From Octopus vulgaris (taxonomy: Eukaryota), in the NCBI GenBank assembly GCA_951406725.2, contig OX597834.1, positions 28,272,001-28,336,000 on the forward strand: a DNA stretch of 64,000 bases, read 5' to 3'. Shown here one piece after another: positions 62,570 to 64,000 of the stretch; positions within the stretch are counted from its first letter, which is position 1; each line of letters begins with the position of its first letter. The notes beneath the pieces were generated by a model. That model had not been told where the DNA came from, ran no database searches, and was given only the letters and a program-made list of their open reading frames with translations. A program made the translations under genes and the position numbers.

Positions 62570-62850
62570 CCTTTCGGCGAACAGCTACGTTACTGGGACA
62601 TAAACCAACAACGGTTGTCAAGCGATGGTGGTGGGGAAGCAAGGACAAACAACAAAATCACTAAACATATATACGAGGGGCTTCCTTCCACACAGCTCCT
62701 GTCTACAAAATTCACTCACAAGGCAAAATGACATTGGTCGGCCTGGAGTTGAAGCAGAAGACACTTTGCCCAAGGTGCAGCGCAGTGGAACTGAACTCGG
62801 AAGCACGTGATTTCAAAGCGAGCTTCGTAACTACAAAGCCCATGCCTGCT
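62570..62850 (-). mobile_element. SINE B, old and diverged
   Basis: cggttgtcaagcgatgg...cactcacaaggc...gaagacactttgcccaaggtgcagcgcagtgg. Confidence 0.7.
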
Positions 62851-63152
62851 CTGCCAGTGGAACGTCTCAGATTTGTCAGAGGACGAATATATAATATAAT
62901 ATAAAGACCGAATAAGGCTAAGAAACATTGCACTCTTCAAATTACTAGTGATATTTTAAATGTTATATTTTACAGATTACGAAGAGATTAGGTGGAGTCT
63001 ATTTGCTTGTTTGTTGGAGTTTTATTTTTATTTCTTGTCATTGGAGTGAAAGCGGGGTTTAACTGTAAATAAAGTACAGTATATATTACACACACACACA
63101 GTCAGTCGTAGACAAAAGTTTGGAACATATGTCTGAAAATTAGAATTTTTAT

Positions 63153-63543
63153 GGATCTTTTCGGTTTGAACGGCAGTTTTTAACATAATTTCTAGGTAAC
63201 TAAAAAAATTTTAAACTTCGTATACTGGTAGAATGTGTTTATAAAACATCTTTTTCTCTTGGCTTTATTGAGAAAATTCTATAGTTTGTAAGATATTTGT
63301 TGTTTTTTTTCTTCAATTTCTGCAATTTCAACCAATCAGTGACGTCCATTGAGGTAAAAAAAACATTCTGTGTCGTATAAATATGTCCCTCGTTTAAAAA
63401 ACAAATTGGGTTTATTTACATTTGTGAAGAAAAAAAGATACTCTTCCCCTAACCCTAACACAGATTGAAATGCAATAGATCGATTCTAGGGTCATAATTA
63501 TGGGTGACCCTAGAAAAAACTGCTGTTCAAACTGAAAAGATCC
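63153..63543. mobile_element. Second copy of the 58630-59043 MITE with its own 8-bp TSD
   Basis: Same TIRs; TSD atttttat at 63145-63152 and 63544-63551. Confidence 0.9.
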
Positions 63544-63562
63544 ATTTTTATTTATATAAATG

Positions 63563-64000
63563 CACATCTCATATTCCTCCTAACCCCTATCTCCGCACCT
63601 GAGATTATAGTAGAAGACACTTGCCCAATGTGCCATGCAGTGGGACTGAACCTGGAACCCTGTGACTGGGATCATTCGCGTAAAAAAAAACCCACATAGA
63701 GCAAATATTAAATTAAATGTTTCCCCTCCCAGCTCCAGGTGCCCTTATCCACCCACCCACCACATCTCATATTCCTGAGGCTATAGTAGAAGACACTTGC
63801 CCAATGTGCCATGCAGTGGGACTGAACCTGGGATCATTTGCGTAAAAAATCCCCACATAGAGCGAATATTAAATGAAATGTTTCCCCCTCCTAGCTCCAG
63901 GTGCCCTTATCCACCCACCCACCACATCTCATATTCCTCCTCCTAACCCCTATCTCCGCGCCTGAGATTATAGTAGAAGACACTTGCCCAATGTGCCACG
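63563..64000. repeat. Tandem repeat (~160-200-bp units) containing a reversed SINE B head fragment, cut by window end
   Basis: cacatctcatattcct...tatagtagaagacacttgcccaatgtgcca starts near 63563, 63761 and 63923. Confidence 0.88.

Noticed and set aside
1-64000. Most ORFs in the supplied track (YIYI, VCVC, HTHT, SLSL, poly-H/M/V/T)
   Set aside because: They are translations of stop-free microsatellites, open in several frames and both strands, with no domain signal.

Overview
Eukaryotic, AT-rich, repeat-saturated non-coding DNA (large intron or intergenic). The SINE families and the extreme (TA)n/(CA)n/(GA)n/(CAT)n density suggest an octopod cephalopod (Octopus-like); this is inference, not a database match. 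I find no host protein-coding exon I can support, and nearly all ORFs in the track are microsatellite or SINE read-throughs. The only recognisable protein relics are transposon-derived: a mariner transposase (39.9-40.5 kb), three RTE-clade LINE fragments, one CR1-clade 3' end and one L1/Tx1-type RT fragment. The window holds about 50 copies of four SINE or SINE-like families (called A-D here; A, B and C have tRNA-like heads), several MITE families (TTAA/piggyBac-like, hAT-like, GG-terminated with 8-bp TSD), two non-autonomous Helitrons and several Penelope-like termini carrying hammerhead-ribozyme motifs. Most interesting: a 470-bp fold-back at 41.5-41.9 kb with two back-to-back hammerhead-like cores; dispersed minimal hammerheads; a young, near-perfect hairpin made by template switching inside an old RTE relic; a young 505-bp tandem array joined to a SINE-D 3' end; and modular, site-recurrent behaviour of the SINEs. 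All alignments and folds were done by eye, so boundaries are approximate.
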